Source: an uncultured Thermoleophilaceae bacterium
GTDB lineage: Bacteria > Actinomycetota > Thermoleophilia > Solirubrobacterales > Thermoleophilaceae
Length of the DNA stretch: 64,000 nt
Direction of reading: 5' to 3'
NCBI GenBank assembly: GCA_963808775.1
Contig: CAWEGR010000006.1
Span: forward strand, 5,638-69,637
The notes below the pieces were generated by a model. It searched no databases and had not been told where the DNA came from. It saw nothing but the letters and a program-made list of their open reading frames with translations. A program made the position numbers and the translations under genes. How positions within the stretch are numbered: position 1 is the stretch's first letter; each line of letters opens with the position of its first letter. This document shows positions 1-10,069 of this stretch, piece by piece.

Positions 1-1298
1 ATCGCGCCGTCGACGTAGCCCATCCATCGCTTGGCGGTCTCGGTCCCGGCCCAGTGGATGCGACCGACGGGTTCGCGAAGCGCGGGACCAAACTGGGTCC
101 AGGCTCCCGGCGGGAAGTGGGCGCCGTAGCAGCCCCTGGTCCATTCGTCTGCGCTCCAGTCCAGGTCGACATAGCCGATGGCGCGGTCACCCGGGCGTCC
201 CAGAGCGCGCTCGGCATGCTCGATCACCCGCTCTTGCCGCTCGGCCGGCGCGAGACGGCCCGCCTCAATGCCATTTGAGGCCTCCATGAAGCCGACGATC
301 ACGCCGGGCTCAGTGCCCGCCGGGGTTGCGTCGAACATCATCGTGACCATCTCATCCGGGGAATAGACGAAGCCCGAAAGCCCGAGCTTGCGCCACCACG
401 GGGTCGGATACACGAGGTTGAACTTCACGACCGATCCGCCAGGAAGGCGCTGTGTCAACTGATCGCGGCGAGCGGGAAGCGGCGGGTCGTAGACAAGGCG
501 GCCAGCGAGGACGGGCGGAATTGCGACGATGGCTCGCCGGGCGCGAACCTCGCCGGCCTCGCCCGCAACCGCGACACCGTCCGCATCGTGGGAGATCGCT
601 CTCACCGGCCACTCTAGGCGAATGGCCTCCTCGAGACGCGCGCCCAGCCTGGTCGCCGGCTCCTGAAGGCCGCCCACGAGCCGATCCTGTTGCGCACCGC
701 CCTCGAGGTTGACGAGCGACTCCCAACCGCCGCCGGAGCGGATGTAGAAGAGCACGTGCAGGAATGACATGTTGGCCGGCTCAGTCGCAAATATGTTCGC
801 CGTCGTCGTCGCGAGCATGGTGCGCGCACCCGGGCGGTGGAACTGCTCGTTGAGCCAAGTGTCGAACGTCATTGCGTCCAGCGAGCGTGCTCGCGGCGCC
901 TCCCACGGGCGGTCGAGTGGGATCCCGTCCGCCGCGTGCTCAATCGCCGCGACGGCGGAAGCGTATTCGTCGAGGTCCTCCCGGTCGTAGCCCTCCTCGC
1001 CACGGACCCGCCTGGGCTGGCCGCCCTCGAGCACGACGTCTTCGCCGCCCGTCCACTGGCGGAACGTGGCGACTCCCGTCTCGGCCGCCAGTTCGTAGAT
1101 GTGGTCTTGCGTCGGGCCGATCCACTGACCGCCCAGGTCAACCGTCGCACCGGCCTCCTCGACCGTGAACGTCCGACCCCCGACGCGATCGCGCGCCTCC
1201 AGAACGACCGCCGAGCACCCCTCCTCGGTAAGTCTCCGGGCAGCCGCCAAGCCGGCATAACCGCCACCGACGATGACTGCATCCAGAACCTCGTTCAT
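1..1298 (-). CDS. FAD-dependent amine oxidase (flavin monoamine oxidase family); C-terminus runs off the left window edge
   Basis: Absent from the ORF track because there is no stop inside the window. My translation from the ATG (complement of 1296-1298) reads MNEVLDAVIVGGGYAGLAAARRLTEEGCSAVVLEARDRVGGRTF... This gives a GxGxxG dinucleotide fold plus an ARDRVGGR motif. The frame stays open to position 1. Confidence 0.8.
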   Translation of the reverse strand, partial: MNEVLDAVIVGGGYAGLAAARRLTEEGCSAVVLEARDRVGGRTFTVEEAGATVDLGGQWIGPTQDHIYELAAETGVATFRQWTGGEDVVLEGGQPRRVRGEEGYDREDLDEYASAVAAIEHAADGIPLDRPWEAPRARSLDAMTFDTWLNEQFHRPGARTMLATTTANIFATEPANMSFLHVLFYIRSGGGWESLVNLEGGAQQDRLVGGLQEPATRLGARLEEAIRLEWPVRAISHDADGVAVAGEAGEVRARRAIVAIPPVLAGRLVYDPPLPARRDQLTQRLPGGSVVKFNLVYPTPWWRKLGLSGFVYSPDEMVTMMFDATPAGTEPGVIVGFMEASNGIEAGRLAPAERQERVIEHAERALGRPGDRAIGYVDLDWSADEWTRGCYGAHFPPGAWTQFGPALREPVGRIHWAGTETAKRWMGYVDGA

Positions 1299-1781
1299 GC
1301 GGCCCCAGCCTACCCCGGTACCCGATCCAGACTAGGGGTGGAGGCCCGGGCGACGTCCCGGGGGAATCCGCGCGCTGGCGGACTCGGCCGAGCGGCTCTT
1401 CCGGGTTAGCGTGAAAGCAGCACCGGATCCTGACGACGAGACCCACTCTGGTTTGGACCAAGAGCACGAGCGGTCTGTAAGGGCAAACGCCCTAGACCGG
1501 CACGTGATCGGCGGTAGGTGCAACGACCTAAGCGAAATGTGCTCCATGCTGGGAGCAATGGCACTTCGCCTGCATCGCCGCCTTGCGCGAACTCGCAGGC
1601 GGCGTCGGTAGCACTCGAGACGCCTGCGCGCGATCGGCGTGCGATCGACTGCATCGGCGGTCCAGCGCTAGATCCGCGCCGTGCACGTGAAAGCCCGGAA
1701 AGGAGCAGACAGGCGAGACCCAGCTGCGGCCACGCATCCGACCAGAACCCCTGCAAATCGCGCGCTTCTGAGACCCGCTAG

Positions 1782-1869
1782 CGGAGGGGGAGGGATTCGA
1801 ACCCTCGGTCGACCAATGGCCGACAACGGTTTTCGAGACCGCCCCGTTCAACCGCTCCGGCACCCCTCC
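1782..1869 (-). tRNA. tRNA-Ser (anticodon CGA), class II with long variable arm
   Basis: The reverse complement reads GGAGGGG-TG-CCGGAGCGGTTGAACGG-G-GCGGTCTCGAAAACCGT-TGTCGGCCATTGGTCGACC-GAGGGTTCGAATCCCTC-CCCCTCC-G. It has a 7-bp acceptor stem, a CU-CGA-AA anticodon loop, a GGTTCGAATCC T-arm and no encoded CCA. Confidence 0.9.
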
Positions 1870-1916
1870 GGGACGCACAACTGTAGATGCTCGCGCGCGC
1901 GAGGCGAGTGGCAGGT

Positions 1917-1947
1917 CTCGGGGCCGGCGGGTGTCGCCGGCCCCGAG
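1917..1947 (-). terminator. GC-rich hairpin downstream of the large secreted-protein gene
   Basis: Perfect 13-bp stem ctcggggccggcg / cgccggccccgag with loop ggtgt, 20 nt after the stop at 1967. There is no clear U-tract. Confidence 0.5.
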
Positions 1948-1966
1948 CTTGCGAGCCTCCTGAGCG

Positions 1967-4900
1967 CTAGGCGCCGCGCGGCCTGCGGCGCGCCGGCTTC
2001 ACCGACGCCCGCGCCGCCGGACCCTTGCTGTTGAGCCTGGTCAGGCCCATCACGGTCACCTTCGCGCGCGCCCGGCGCGGCACACCCTTCAGCGTGTACG
2101 TGTGCCGCTTCGCGCCGACGATGCGCACGATCCGCCTGCCGTCGGAGAGCGAGAAGCGGACCGCGTGCTTGAAGCCGCGCGGCTTGGGCCGCCAGCTCAC
2201 CACGAGGCGCGAGCGGCTGCGCTTCACGGTCAGGTTGCGCGGCTTGCCCGGCTTCAGCATCCCCGGCGCCCGGTAGGACCCGGCCGTCAGGTTGGTGCGC
2301 GGACGGCCGTCCTGCTGGACCATCGCGATGATCTTGCGCCGGCCGGCGGGACCGTCGGCGGGCCGGAAGCGCACCGAGCCGCGCGCGGTCTTCGTCGTGG
2401 TGATCGCGTTGCGGACGTCCTTGCCGACCTCGGCGAAGGTGATCCGCTGGCCCGCGATGTCACGCGCGTTCCAGGACAGGACGCGCTTGTGGCCGCGCCC
2501 GCTGACCCGGACCCGCGCCGCCGCCTTCGGCAGGCCGCGGGCCTCGCGCACCAGCTTGACCGGCGCCGTGCCGTCCTCGGTGAGCGTCCACCTGCCGGCC
2601 GCCGGCTTGTTGGCGAGCACGAACGTCGTGCCGTCCTGGCGCAGCTGCGCGTAGAACTGGTCGTTCTGGACGACGGGCATCGCACGGGAGACGGTCACCG
2701 ACTCGCCGTTCGGCCCGGTGAGCGTCACGCCCGTGGGACCGCCGTCGGCCGTGACCTCCCAGGCCGCGCTCGGCAGCCCGGCCGGGAGCGTCGTCTGGCT
2801 CAGCGCTCCGACCGCGGCGGCGCTCGCCGGCTTGACCGCGCGGTACGGCGTCAGGTCGCATCCGGTGAACGCGTCGAAGTCGAAGTCCCAGGTCGCGCCG
2901 GCGCCGACGTAGTAGCCGTACACCCCGACGCAGCCGGCGATCCCTCGGCTCGACAGGAGCGCCCGGGCGTCACCGCACGGGTCCGGCCCCCAGACGTCGA
3001 GGCATGCGCTGATCGAGCCCTCCACGTTGAACGCGTCGAGGCCGTCGACCCATCCGTTGACGCCCCCGTTCAGGCTGAGCCGCCACAGGTCCCACTTGGC
3101 GTTCGCGCCGAACTCGAACAGGCCCGTCGACGAGTAGCGCACGAAGGCGCTCGCGAGCTCGAAGCGGTTCGCCACCTTGGCGTTGCCCGAGATCTCGGCC
3201 ACCCACGGGTCGGCGAGCACGGCCTTGAGCTGGCCGCCGATCGAGACCGCCTGGACGCCCGCGACCTTCGGGCCTGCGGACAGGCCGATCGTGCCCATGA
3301 GGGCCAGCGGATCACGCTGGACGCCGAAGCCGATGCTCTGCAGGAAGACGCCTGCGCCGATCGGCTGGTTCAGCCCGCCGACGCTGCCGCGCAGGTAGGC
3401 GAAGTCGCCGTCCTTGATCCCGAAGCCCGCGCCGATCTCATACGTCTTGCCGAAGCGGAGCACGACCTTGGCGGAGCCCGCCCAGTTGGTGCCCTCGGCC
3501 CACCTGAGCTCGACGTCCTTGAGCTCGAGCGCGAGCACGTTGACCTTCGGCAGCTTCAGGTAGAGGCCGCTGAAGTCGACGCCGCCGTCGTTGCTCGTGT
3601 TGAACGTCGTGGTCGTGGTGACCGCGCCGAAGTAGTTGAACGGCCAGAAGTCGAGCTTGAGCGTGGGCGTCAGAGCGGCCTTGCCGCTCTTGAGGAACGA
3701 GAGGTCGACCGCGGTGACCGGCAGCCCCTTGAGCTTCTCGATGCCGCTGATGTCGAGGCCGACGACGTTCCGCGGACCGTCCACCGGGCCGGAGGTGTAG
3801 GAGTAGTCCAGCTTGATCGGGCCCGCGTAGATCGGGATCTCCGGGCTGCTCGCGAGCGAGACGCGGAACGGCATCGTCAGCTCGCGGCCACGGATGGTCC
3901 TGTTGGCGGGATCGACCACGAGCGTCGGACGGGAGTCGTCGGCGGGACGGATCACGAGCCCGTTGATGCGGACCGTCGTGTCCGTGGCCTCCCAGTGGCC
4001 GGCTCGCTTGACCATGCAGTCCTCGCTGCGCGCGTCGAGGTAGTCGGCGCGCACGGTGCGCTCGCAGTTCTCGCGGATGCGCACCTGCTTCGTGATCGTG
4101 CGCGAGCTGGCGCCCACGGCGGCGCCCGAGGGCGTGGCCTTGATCGCGATCGTCGTGTACTGGTCCGAATGGGCGGCCCCCTCGGCCGCGCTGAGGTGGA
4201 GGATGCTCCTGGTGCCGGTTCCGGTCACCGGGTTCGGGCTGAGGGACCCGCTCATCCCCGTCGGGAGACCCGTGACCGAGAACGACACGTTCCCGTTCGA
4301 GCCGTTGAGGCGGTTGAGATCCACCGCGACGTCGACCGAGTCTCCGGTCAGCACGTCCACGATCGTCTGGCCCGGGTTCATCGTGAAGTCGGCCGGCTGC
4401 GGGCCATCCGGGGTGGTGATCGAGACGTCGTCGATGGCGAGCGTCTTGCCGCCGTCATCGCCGTCGTCCGCGGTGACCTCGAAGGAGGCGATGCTCTGTC
4501 CCGCCGGCGCCGTGACGGTGACCTTCTGGGTCATCGTCGCGCCGGAGGTCACGGTCACGTAAACGGAGCTGCCGAGCAGGTCGCCGTCGGAGTTGTACGC
4601 GCGGATGCGCGCCTGCATCGTGTCGCCCGGGTTGGGGAACAGCGGGTTCTCCCAGTAGCCCACGTACGCGCTCACCGTGGTCGCTGTGTTCGTGAGCACG
4701 CCGCGCAGCCGCGGCGGCGGGAAGACCTCGCCGCATCCTGTCAGCCCCTCGCAGGTGCTGACGCCCACCCGGTCGCCCGAGTGCGCCTTGCCGGGGTAGG
4801 CCTTGACCATCGGCCGCATGCCGGGGTCGTCCGGGAAGGTGAGGCCATGCGAGGTCTCGTACTCGGTCGAGACGCGAGTGTCCGGCAGCACGTCGTCGAA

Positions 4901-5014
4901 CGTGGCCGTCCGGGTCGCGGCGCTCGCCGAGCCGGCGAGTCCGAGCACAAGGAGCAGGGCCAATCCGGTGAGTACGGCGGCGAGCGACAGTTGACGGCCG
5001 GCTGTGGGGGACAC
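1967..5014 (-). CDS. Large secreted protein (about 1015 aa), function unknown, with a fibronectin-III-like C-terminal module and a basic tail
   Basis: Single open frame. GTG at 5014 is preceded by AAGGAAGGA. Signal peptide VSPTAGRQLSLAAVLTGLALLLVLGLAGSASAA. The C-terminus PGKPRNLTVKRSRSRLVVSWRP...YTLKGVP...VTVMGL looks FN3-like. The track start at 5203 is probably too far upstream. Confidence 0.75.
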   Translation of the reverse strand: MSPTAGRQLSLAAVLTGLALLLVLGLAGSASAATRTATFDDVLPDTRVSTEYETSHGLTFPDDPGMRPMVKAYPGKAHSGDRVGVSTCEGLTGCGEVFPPPRLRGVLTNTATTVSAYVGYWENPLFPNPGDTMQARIRAYNSDGDLLGSSVYVTVTSGATMTQKVTVTAPAGQSIASFEVTADDGDDGGKTLAIDDVSITTPDGPQPADFTMNPGQTIVDVLTGDSVDVAVDLNRLNGSNGNVSFSVTGLPTGMSGSLSPNPVTGTGTRSILHLSAAEGAAHSDQYTTIAIKATPSGAAVGASSRTITKQVRIRENCERTVRADYLDARSEDCMVKRAGHWEATDTTVRINGLVIRPADDSRPTLVVDPANRTIRGRELTMPFRVSLASSPEIPIYAGPIKLDYSYTSGPVDGPRNVVGLDISGIEKLKGLPVTAVDLSFLKSGKAALTPTLKLDFWPFNYFGAVTTTTTFNTSNDGGVDFSGLYLKLPKVNVLALELKDVELRWAEGTNWAGSAKVVLRFGKTYEIGAGFGIKDGDFAYLRGSVGGLNQPIGAGVFLQSIGFGVQRDPLALMGTIGLSAGPKVAGVQAVSIGGQLKAVLADPWVAEISGNAKVANRFELASAFVRYSSTGLFEFGANAKWDLWRLSLNGGVNGWVDGLDAFNVEGSISACLDVWGPDPCGDARALLSSRGIAGCVGVYGYYVGAGATWDFDFDAFTGCDLTPYRAVKPASAAAVGALSQTTLPAGLPSAAWEVTADGGPTGVTLTGPNGESVTVSRAMPVVQNDQFYAQLRQDGTTFVLANKPAAGRWTLTEDGTAPVKLVREARGLPKAAARVRVSGRGHKRVLSWNARDIAGQRITFAEVGKDVRNAITTTKTARGSVRFRPADGPAGRRKIIAMVQQDGRPRTNLTAGSYRAPGMLKPGKPRNLTVKRSRSRLVVSWRPKPRGFKHAVRFSLSDGRRIVRIVGAKRHTYTLKGVPRRARAKVTVMGLTRLNSKGPAARASVKPARRRPRGA

Positions 5015-5202
5015 GGCGAGTCCTTCCTTATACGTGCGGCGGGGGACGCTTCCGAGAATGCACGCTTGTGACGATCGGCGCGACCACCCTGAGTGTGAAA
5101 TGGGCCATACCTCACAAGGGTCTGTCGGCGCCCCCGCCCGCGCGCGGCGGTCCGCGATGGGTGCCGCGACTTTGTCGGCTCTACCTCGACAAACTCGCGG
5201 CA

Positions 5203-5225
5203 CCCGGCCGGCGAGGCCGGCCGGG
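5203..5225 (-). terminator. Hairpin downstream of the LVIVD-repeat gene
   Basis: Perfect 10-bp stem cccggccggc / gccggccggg with loop gag, about 40 nt after the stop at 5264. On the minus strand it is followed by a weak gagtttgtcg. Confidence 0.45.
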
Positions 5226-5263
5226 TGTTACGAAACGGCGCGCTGTGTGACGAGCGCGGTCAG

Positions 5264-7071
5264 TCAGTCGAGCGAGTCGGCGAGGTCGTCGAGCCCCTCG
5301 ACGACGTCGCCGAGCGGCCGATTCGGCCGGAGCTCGTCCGCCAAGTCGCTCAGCAGCTCCACCGCCCCGGCATCGTCGCCGCTCTCGCTGAGCGCCTCGG
5401 CCTCGTCGATGGTCCCGTTGACCTCGTCAAGCGCCGCACCGCTGAGGGCGCCGGCGCGCGCCGCCTGGTCGACGAAGGCGCGCACCACCGCGAAGCTCGG
5501 CTCCCAGACGATCCGGTCCTGGTGCTGCACGTTCAGGCGATCGGCCTGGACCTCCGCCGCCGCGTCGATCTCGTTCTGGGAAAGCTGGGCGGTCGGCGTG
5601 AAGCCGAACACGTCGAAGCCGCGCGCGATCTCCGAGCCGAACGTGTTGCCGTTGTAGTAGTAGGTCGACCACAGCCCGCCGAGCACGAGCGATCGTCGCA
5701 TTGATCGGGCCGCGGTCGTAGTAGCCGATCTCGACGGGATTCTCCGGGATCCGTGAAGTCGACGAGCGACGCCCCGCCCTGGTACCAGGCCTGCACGAAG
5801 ATGTCGCGGCCCGGGACCGGGACCAGCGACGGGATGTGGCTGACGCAGTTCTCCTGGTTCGTCTGGACCATCGGCACCTTGTAGTAGCTGCGGAACCTCA
5901 GCTCGCCCCTGACGATCCTGTAGAGCGCGTTGCCGCCCCACTTGAGGTCGTCGGTCGCGCGGCAGCGCGCGGCTGGTCCCGCCGCCCCACTCGTCGGTGA
6001 ACATGACCGTCTTGCCGTCGTTGCTGAACGTGGCGCCGTGCCAGTACGAGTAGAGCGGGTCAGCGACGGAGTCGATCCGCGTCGGGTTCGCCGGGTCGCT
6101 GATGTCGATCAGGATGCCGTTGCCCTCGCACGCTCCCGCCGCGAGCTCGATCTCCGGGTACACGGTGATGTCATGGCACGCGTCGGTGATCGGCGTGGGA
6201 CCCCAGTTCATTCCCGATGGATGCTGCGGCGTCGGGACCTCGTTCTGGAGGCCGTTGACCGCGCCCGTGCCGGGGTCGGCGAACAGCCGCGGCGTGCTCA
6301 CGATCGTGGCGTCCTGCGGCGCTGCGACCGGCACCTTGATGACCTCGATCCGCCACTTCGACGGGTTCTCGCCGGTCGGCGTGTTCGTGTTGTTGCCGTC
6401 GCAGCCGGCCAGCTCGGTGGCGGGCCGCACGCCGGCTGTCCCCTGGACGTAGATGTAGACGTTCGCGGGATCGTCGTCATCCGTCACGAGCGTGTGCGTG
6501 TGCGAGCCGCGGCAGGTCTGCACCCCGGCCACATGCCTCGGGCTGTCGATGTTCGAGATGTCGAAGATGCGCACGCCGCGGAAGCGCGTCGTGGCGTCCG
6601 CCGGCGGCGTCGAGGAGCAGTCGATCTTGGCGCGGTTCTCCTCGACCGACATGAACAGCAGATTCCCGTAGACGGACACGTCGCCCTGGCCTCCGGGGCA
6701 CACGACCGACGTCCGCAGCGCCGGGCTCGCGGGGTTCGAGATGTCGTAGATGTTGAAGCCGTTGAAGTTCCCGACGAAGGCAAAGTCGCCCTGGAAGGCG
6801 AGATCCGAGTTCACAAAGGCGAACGAGCCCGGGATTCGCCGGGTCGAAGAAGCCGGCGGGCTTGTTCAGGTGGGCCGACAGGCTCATGCCCTTGAAGGCG
6901 ACGCCGGGATTGTCGAGGCCGGCGCGAAAGCCCGACGCGCGGATCGTTCGTCGTCGGGAGCTGCGCGAGCGCGGTTGAAGCGAGCACCGCGGTGAGCGCG
7001 ACCCACCCCCCGAGAACCGCGAGCAGTACCCGGACCGGACGACGGCCGGTCGGCCTCAGTGAGCGCGCCAT
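5264..7071 (-). pseudogene. Secreted LVIVD-repeat protein, reading frame broken about 5 times
   Basis: ATG at 7071 after GGGGGAAG. Signal peptide MARSLRPTGRRPVRVLLAVLGGWVALTAVLASTALAQ. The protein is only continuous if frames are joined near 6945, 6830, 5985, 5745 and 5695. The joined sequence reads ...GFRAGLDNPGVAFKGMSLSAHLNKPAGFFDPANPG / SFAFVNSDLAFQGDFAFVGNFNGFNIYDIS...FTDEWGGG / RCRATDDLKWGGNALYRIV...VQAWYQGGASLVDFTDP / ENPVEIGYYDRGPINAT / SLVLGGLWSTYYYNGNTFGSEIARGFDVFGF. Confidence 0.7.
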
Positions 7072-7121
7072 GCTTCCCCCCAGATGGATGGATCCCTCCG
7101 GGCGGTGGGTATACCCGGGGC

Positions 7122-7811
7122 ATGGCCGAGAGCAAACGGAGGGGCCCATGGACGTGGCTTCTGGCCGTTTCCGCAGTCGCGCTCGCCGTCCTCGCGGTCG
7201 TCCTCATCGCCGGATCCGGCGACGGATCAGGGGAGACCTCGACACCCGAGGCCGCCGCGGCGAACGTCGTGCAGGCGGGCGCGCCCGGTGAGGCGTCGCG
7301 GACACTCTCGGCCGACGAGGCGGCGGCGATCGAGCCTCCGCGCCACACCGACCTCGACGTGGCGTTCGTCACCGGCATGATCCACCACCACGCTCAGGGG
7401 ATCGAGATGACCGGCCTGGTGCCCGACCGCGGCGCCGGCTCGAAGCTGCCGCTGCTCGCCGAGCGCACCGAGATCTCGCAGGAGGGCGAGATCGAGCTGA
7501 TGGAGCGCTGGCTCGAGGAGCGCGGCGAGGAGGCTCCGAGCATGATGGAGCACGACCACGGGCACGGCGCACACCTGATGCCGGGGATGCTCACCGAGGC
7601 CCAGATGATGCGCCTCGAGGCCACCAGGGGCGCGGCCTTCAACACCCTGTTCCTGAGGTCGATGATCCGCCACCACCTGGGCGCGCTGACGATGGTCAGG
7701 CAGCTGCGCGAGGCGAATGGCGGTCTCGAGCCCGCCCTCGACAAGCTGGCCCGCGAGATCGAGGCCGACCAGGCGATCGAGATCGACCGGATGCGCGAGC
7801 TGCTCGGCTAG
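7122..7811 (+). CDS. DUF305 family protein (membrane-anchored, His-rich metal-related four-helix protein)
   Basis: MAESKRRGPWTWLLAVSAVALAVLAVVLIAG signal anchor. Duplicated DUF305 motifs FVTGMIHHHAQGIEM and FLRSMIRHHLGALTM. Divergent from the LVIVD gene. Confidence 0.85.
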   Translation: MAESKRRGPWTWLLAVSAVALAVLAVVLIAGSGDGSGETSTPEAAAANVVQAGAPGEASRTLSADEAAAIEPPRHTDLDVAFVTGMIHHHAQGIEMTGLVPDRGAGSKLPLLAERTEISQEGEIELMERWLEERGEEAPSMMEHDHGHGAHLMPGMLTEAQMMRLEATRGAAFNTLFLRSMIRHHLGALTMVRQLREANGGLEPALDKLAREIEADQAIEIDRMRELLG

Positions 7812-9529
7812 GGCGAGGTCTCGCGCAGCAGCAGCGCGTCGAGCTCCTCGGGCGGGAGCGGCCGCGCGAACAGGAAGCCCTGGCCGATCGGGCAGGCCAG
7901 CTCGCGCAGCGAGGCCGCCTGCTCCTCGGTCTCGATCCCCTCGGCGACCACGCGCATCGAGAGCGCCTGGCCGAGCGCGAGCGCCGCCGCGACCAGGGCG
8001 TTGTCGGCCGAGTCGGGAGCGATGCCCTGCACGAACGAGCGGTCGATCTTCAGCACGTCGGCCGGCATGTGGCGCAGGTGGTCGAGCGAGGAGTAGCCCG
8101 TCCCGAAGTCGTCGATCGCGATCTGGACTCCCGCGAGGCTGAGGTCGCGCAGCGCGTGGAAGCCGGACTCGCGGCCCGCCATCGCCGTGCTCTCGGTCAC
8201 CTCGATGCAGAGCGATGACGGATCGATGCCGGACGTTCGCACCGCACCGAGCACCGTCTTCACGACGTCCGGATGCGTGAGCTCGCTCGCGCCGAGATTC
8301 ACCGACAGCCGCAGGACCCTGCCGTCGCGGCGCTGCCACTCGGCGAGCTGGCGGCACGCCTCGCCGACGGTCCAGGCGCCGAGCTCGACGATCAGGCCGC
8401 TCTCCTCGGCCACCTCGAGGAACTGCGCCCGGGCCGAGCAGCCCGCGCTCGGGGTGCTCCCAGCGGATCAACGCCTCCGCGCCGACGAGCTCACCCGTGC
8501 CGAGGTCGACCTGCGGCTGGTAGTGGAGCCGCAGCTCCCCGCGCTCGAGCGCGCGCTGCAGCTCCTGCTCGATCGTCATCGCCTCGACCGCGCTCTGGCG
8601 CATCTCGGCGTCGAAGAGCTCGGCGCGCGCGCCGCCGCGGGCCTTGGCCCGGTACATCGCGGCGTCGGCGTCCTCCATCAGACGCTCGTCGCCGACCTCG
8701 TCGCCGGGCTCGGCCAGCGCCACGCCGATCGACGCGGACAGGCGCAGCTCCGCCCCGCCGGCCCTGATCGGCTCGGCGATCGGGCGCTGCAGGCGGTCGG
8801 CCACGCTGACCGCCTCGAACACCCCGCCGACGGACTCGCACAGGATCGTGAACTCGTCGCCGCCGAAGCGGGCGACCGTGTCCTCCGGGCGCAGCGCGGT
8901 GCGCAGCCGGGCCGCGACCTGGCGCAGCACCTCGTCGCCGGCGGCGTGACCGAGGCTGTCGTTGATGCGCTTGAAGCGATCGAGGTCGACGAAGTAGACG
9001 GCGGTGACGGTCGAGCGGTCGCGGCGCGCGAGCGCCTGGCGCAGGCGGTCGCTGAACAGCGCGCGGTTCGGGAGGCCGGTGAGCGGGTCGTACAGCGCGA
9101 GCCGCTCGAGCTCGGACTCCATCCGCTTGCGGTCGCTGACGTCGAGAAAGACGCCGTAGAAGAGCGGCGCCTGCGCGTCCTCACCTGCTCCGCGCACCAC
9201 GGTCATCTCGTCCCGGATCCAGCGCCAGGTGCCGTCCGCGTCGCGCAGGCGGTACTCCTGCACGAGCGCCTGGCCCGTGTCGGCGCAGTCGGCCTCGTTC
9301 GCGTCACCCGCGAGTAGTCGTCCGGGTGCACGAGCCTGTCCCAGATCGCGTCGTCGGCCATCCAGTGCGCGCGCGTGTATCCGAGCACCCGCTCGATCGA
9401 GGGAGAGATGTAGAGGCAGCGGCCGTCGAGGCCGGGCGCATAGATGTACGCCACCGCGGGAAGCCCCTCCGGGAGAGGGCCGTAGCGATCCTCGATTTCG
9501 CGCAGGGCAGGCTCCCGATCGGGCGACAT
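7808..9529 (-). CDS. PAS-GGDEF-EAL c-di-GMP turnover protein (two frame breaks, near 9300 and 8440)
   Basis: ATG at 9529 (MSPDREPALREIEDRYG). PAS motif LVHPDDYS...QEYRLRDADGTWRWIRD. GGDEF motif RFGGDEFTIL. EAL motifs GAEALIRW and DDFGTGYSSL...KIDRSFV. The three pieces lie in frames 1, 2 and 1. Confidence 0.8.
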
Positions 9530-9546
9530 CACTTCTGTATCGGCAA

Positions 9547-10005
9547 TTAGCGCCTGGAAGCAAAGAAGGAGCGCAGCAGTGCGGCGGATTCGTCGGCGAG
9601 CAGGCCGCCCACCGCGTCCGGGCGGTGGTTGAGGCGCGGCTCCGCGAGCACGTTCATCACGCTGCCCGCGGCGCCCGCCTTGGGGTCGTCGGCCGCCCAG
9701 ACGACGCGCGGCACGCGCGCGAGGACGATCGCTCCCGCGCACATGGCGCACGGCTCGAGGGTCACGTAGATGACCGTGTCGAGCAGCCGCCAGCCGCCCA
9801 CGCTGCGCGACGCCTCGCGCAGCGCGAGGATCTCCGCGTGCGCCGTCGGGTCGCCCCGCAGCTCGCGCTCGTTGCGCGCCGCGCCGATCACCTCGCCCCC
9901 GTGGACGACGACGGCTCCAATCGGCACGTCGTCGTGCTCGAGTGCCGCCTCGGCCTCGCGCAGGGCCAGCCTCATGAAGTACTCGTCACGCGGAAAGAAG
10001 CTCAC
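9547..10005 (-). CDS. tadA: tRNA adenosine(34) deaminase
   Basis: Deaminase motifs TAHAEILALR and LEPCAMCAGA. GTG at 10005 is preceded by GGAAG. An internal ATG at 9975 is an alternative start. Confidence 0.85.
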   Translation of the reverse strand: MSFFPRDEYFMRLALREAEAALEHDDVPIGAVVVHGGEVIGAARNERELRGDPTAHAEILALREASRSVGGWRLLDTVIYVTLEPCAMCAGAIVLARVPRVVWAADDPKAGAAGSVMNVLAEPRLNHRPDAVGGLLADESAALLRSFFASRR

Positions 10006-10069
10006 ATCACAACTTCCTGCAAGCTGCGTTGTTTGGCGATTCGTACACTCGGAGAGCCACCGTAACCAA

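Noticed and set aside
1782-5014. tRNA-Ser as an integration site, with the large secreted-protein gene as island cargo.
   Set aside because: There is no integrase, no direct repeat of the tRNA 3' end and no obvious compositional change beyond the short noncoding gap. This is nothing more than adjacency.
2102-5071. A 989-aa plus-strand ORF. Similar giants are 58876-62169 (+), 25970-28006 (-), 24555-27017 (+), 28095-31247 (-), 50965-53613 (+) and 54159-56012 (+).
   Set aside because: They are Arg/Ala/Pro/Gly-rich shadow frames lying antisense to, or out of frame with, genes that have clear family motifs. In DNA of about 70% GC, stop codons are rare in every frame, so ORF length alone is not evidence. 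Only the terminal segments of some of these ORFs are real coding sequence: CsbD, PPK2, LLM, MsrA, NUDIX, the cyclase and the methyltransferase.
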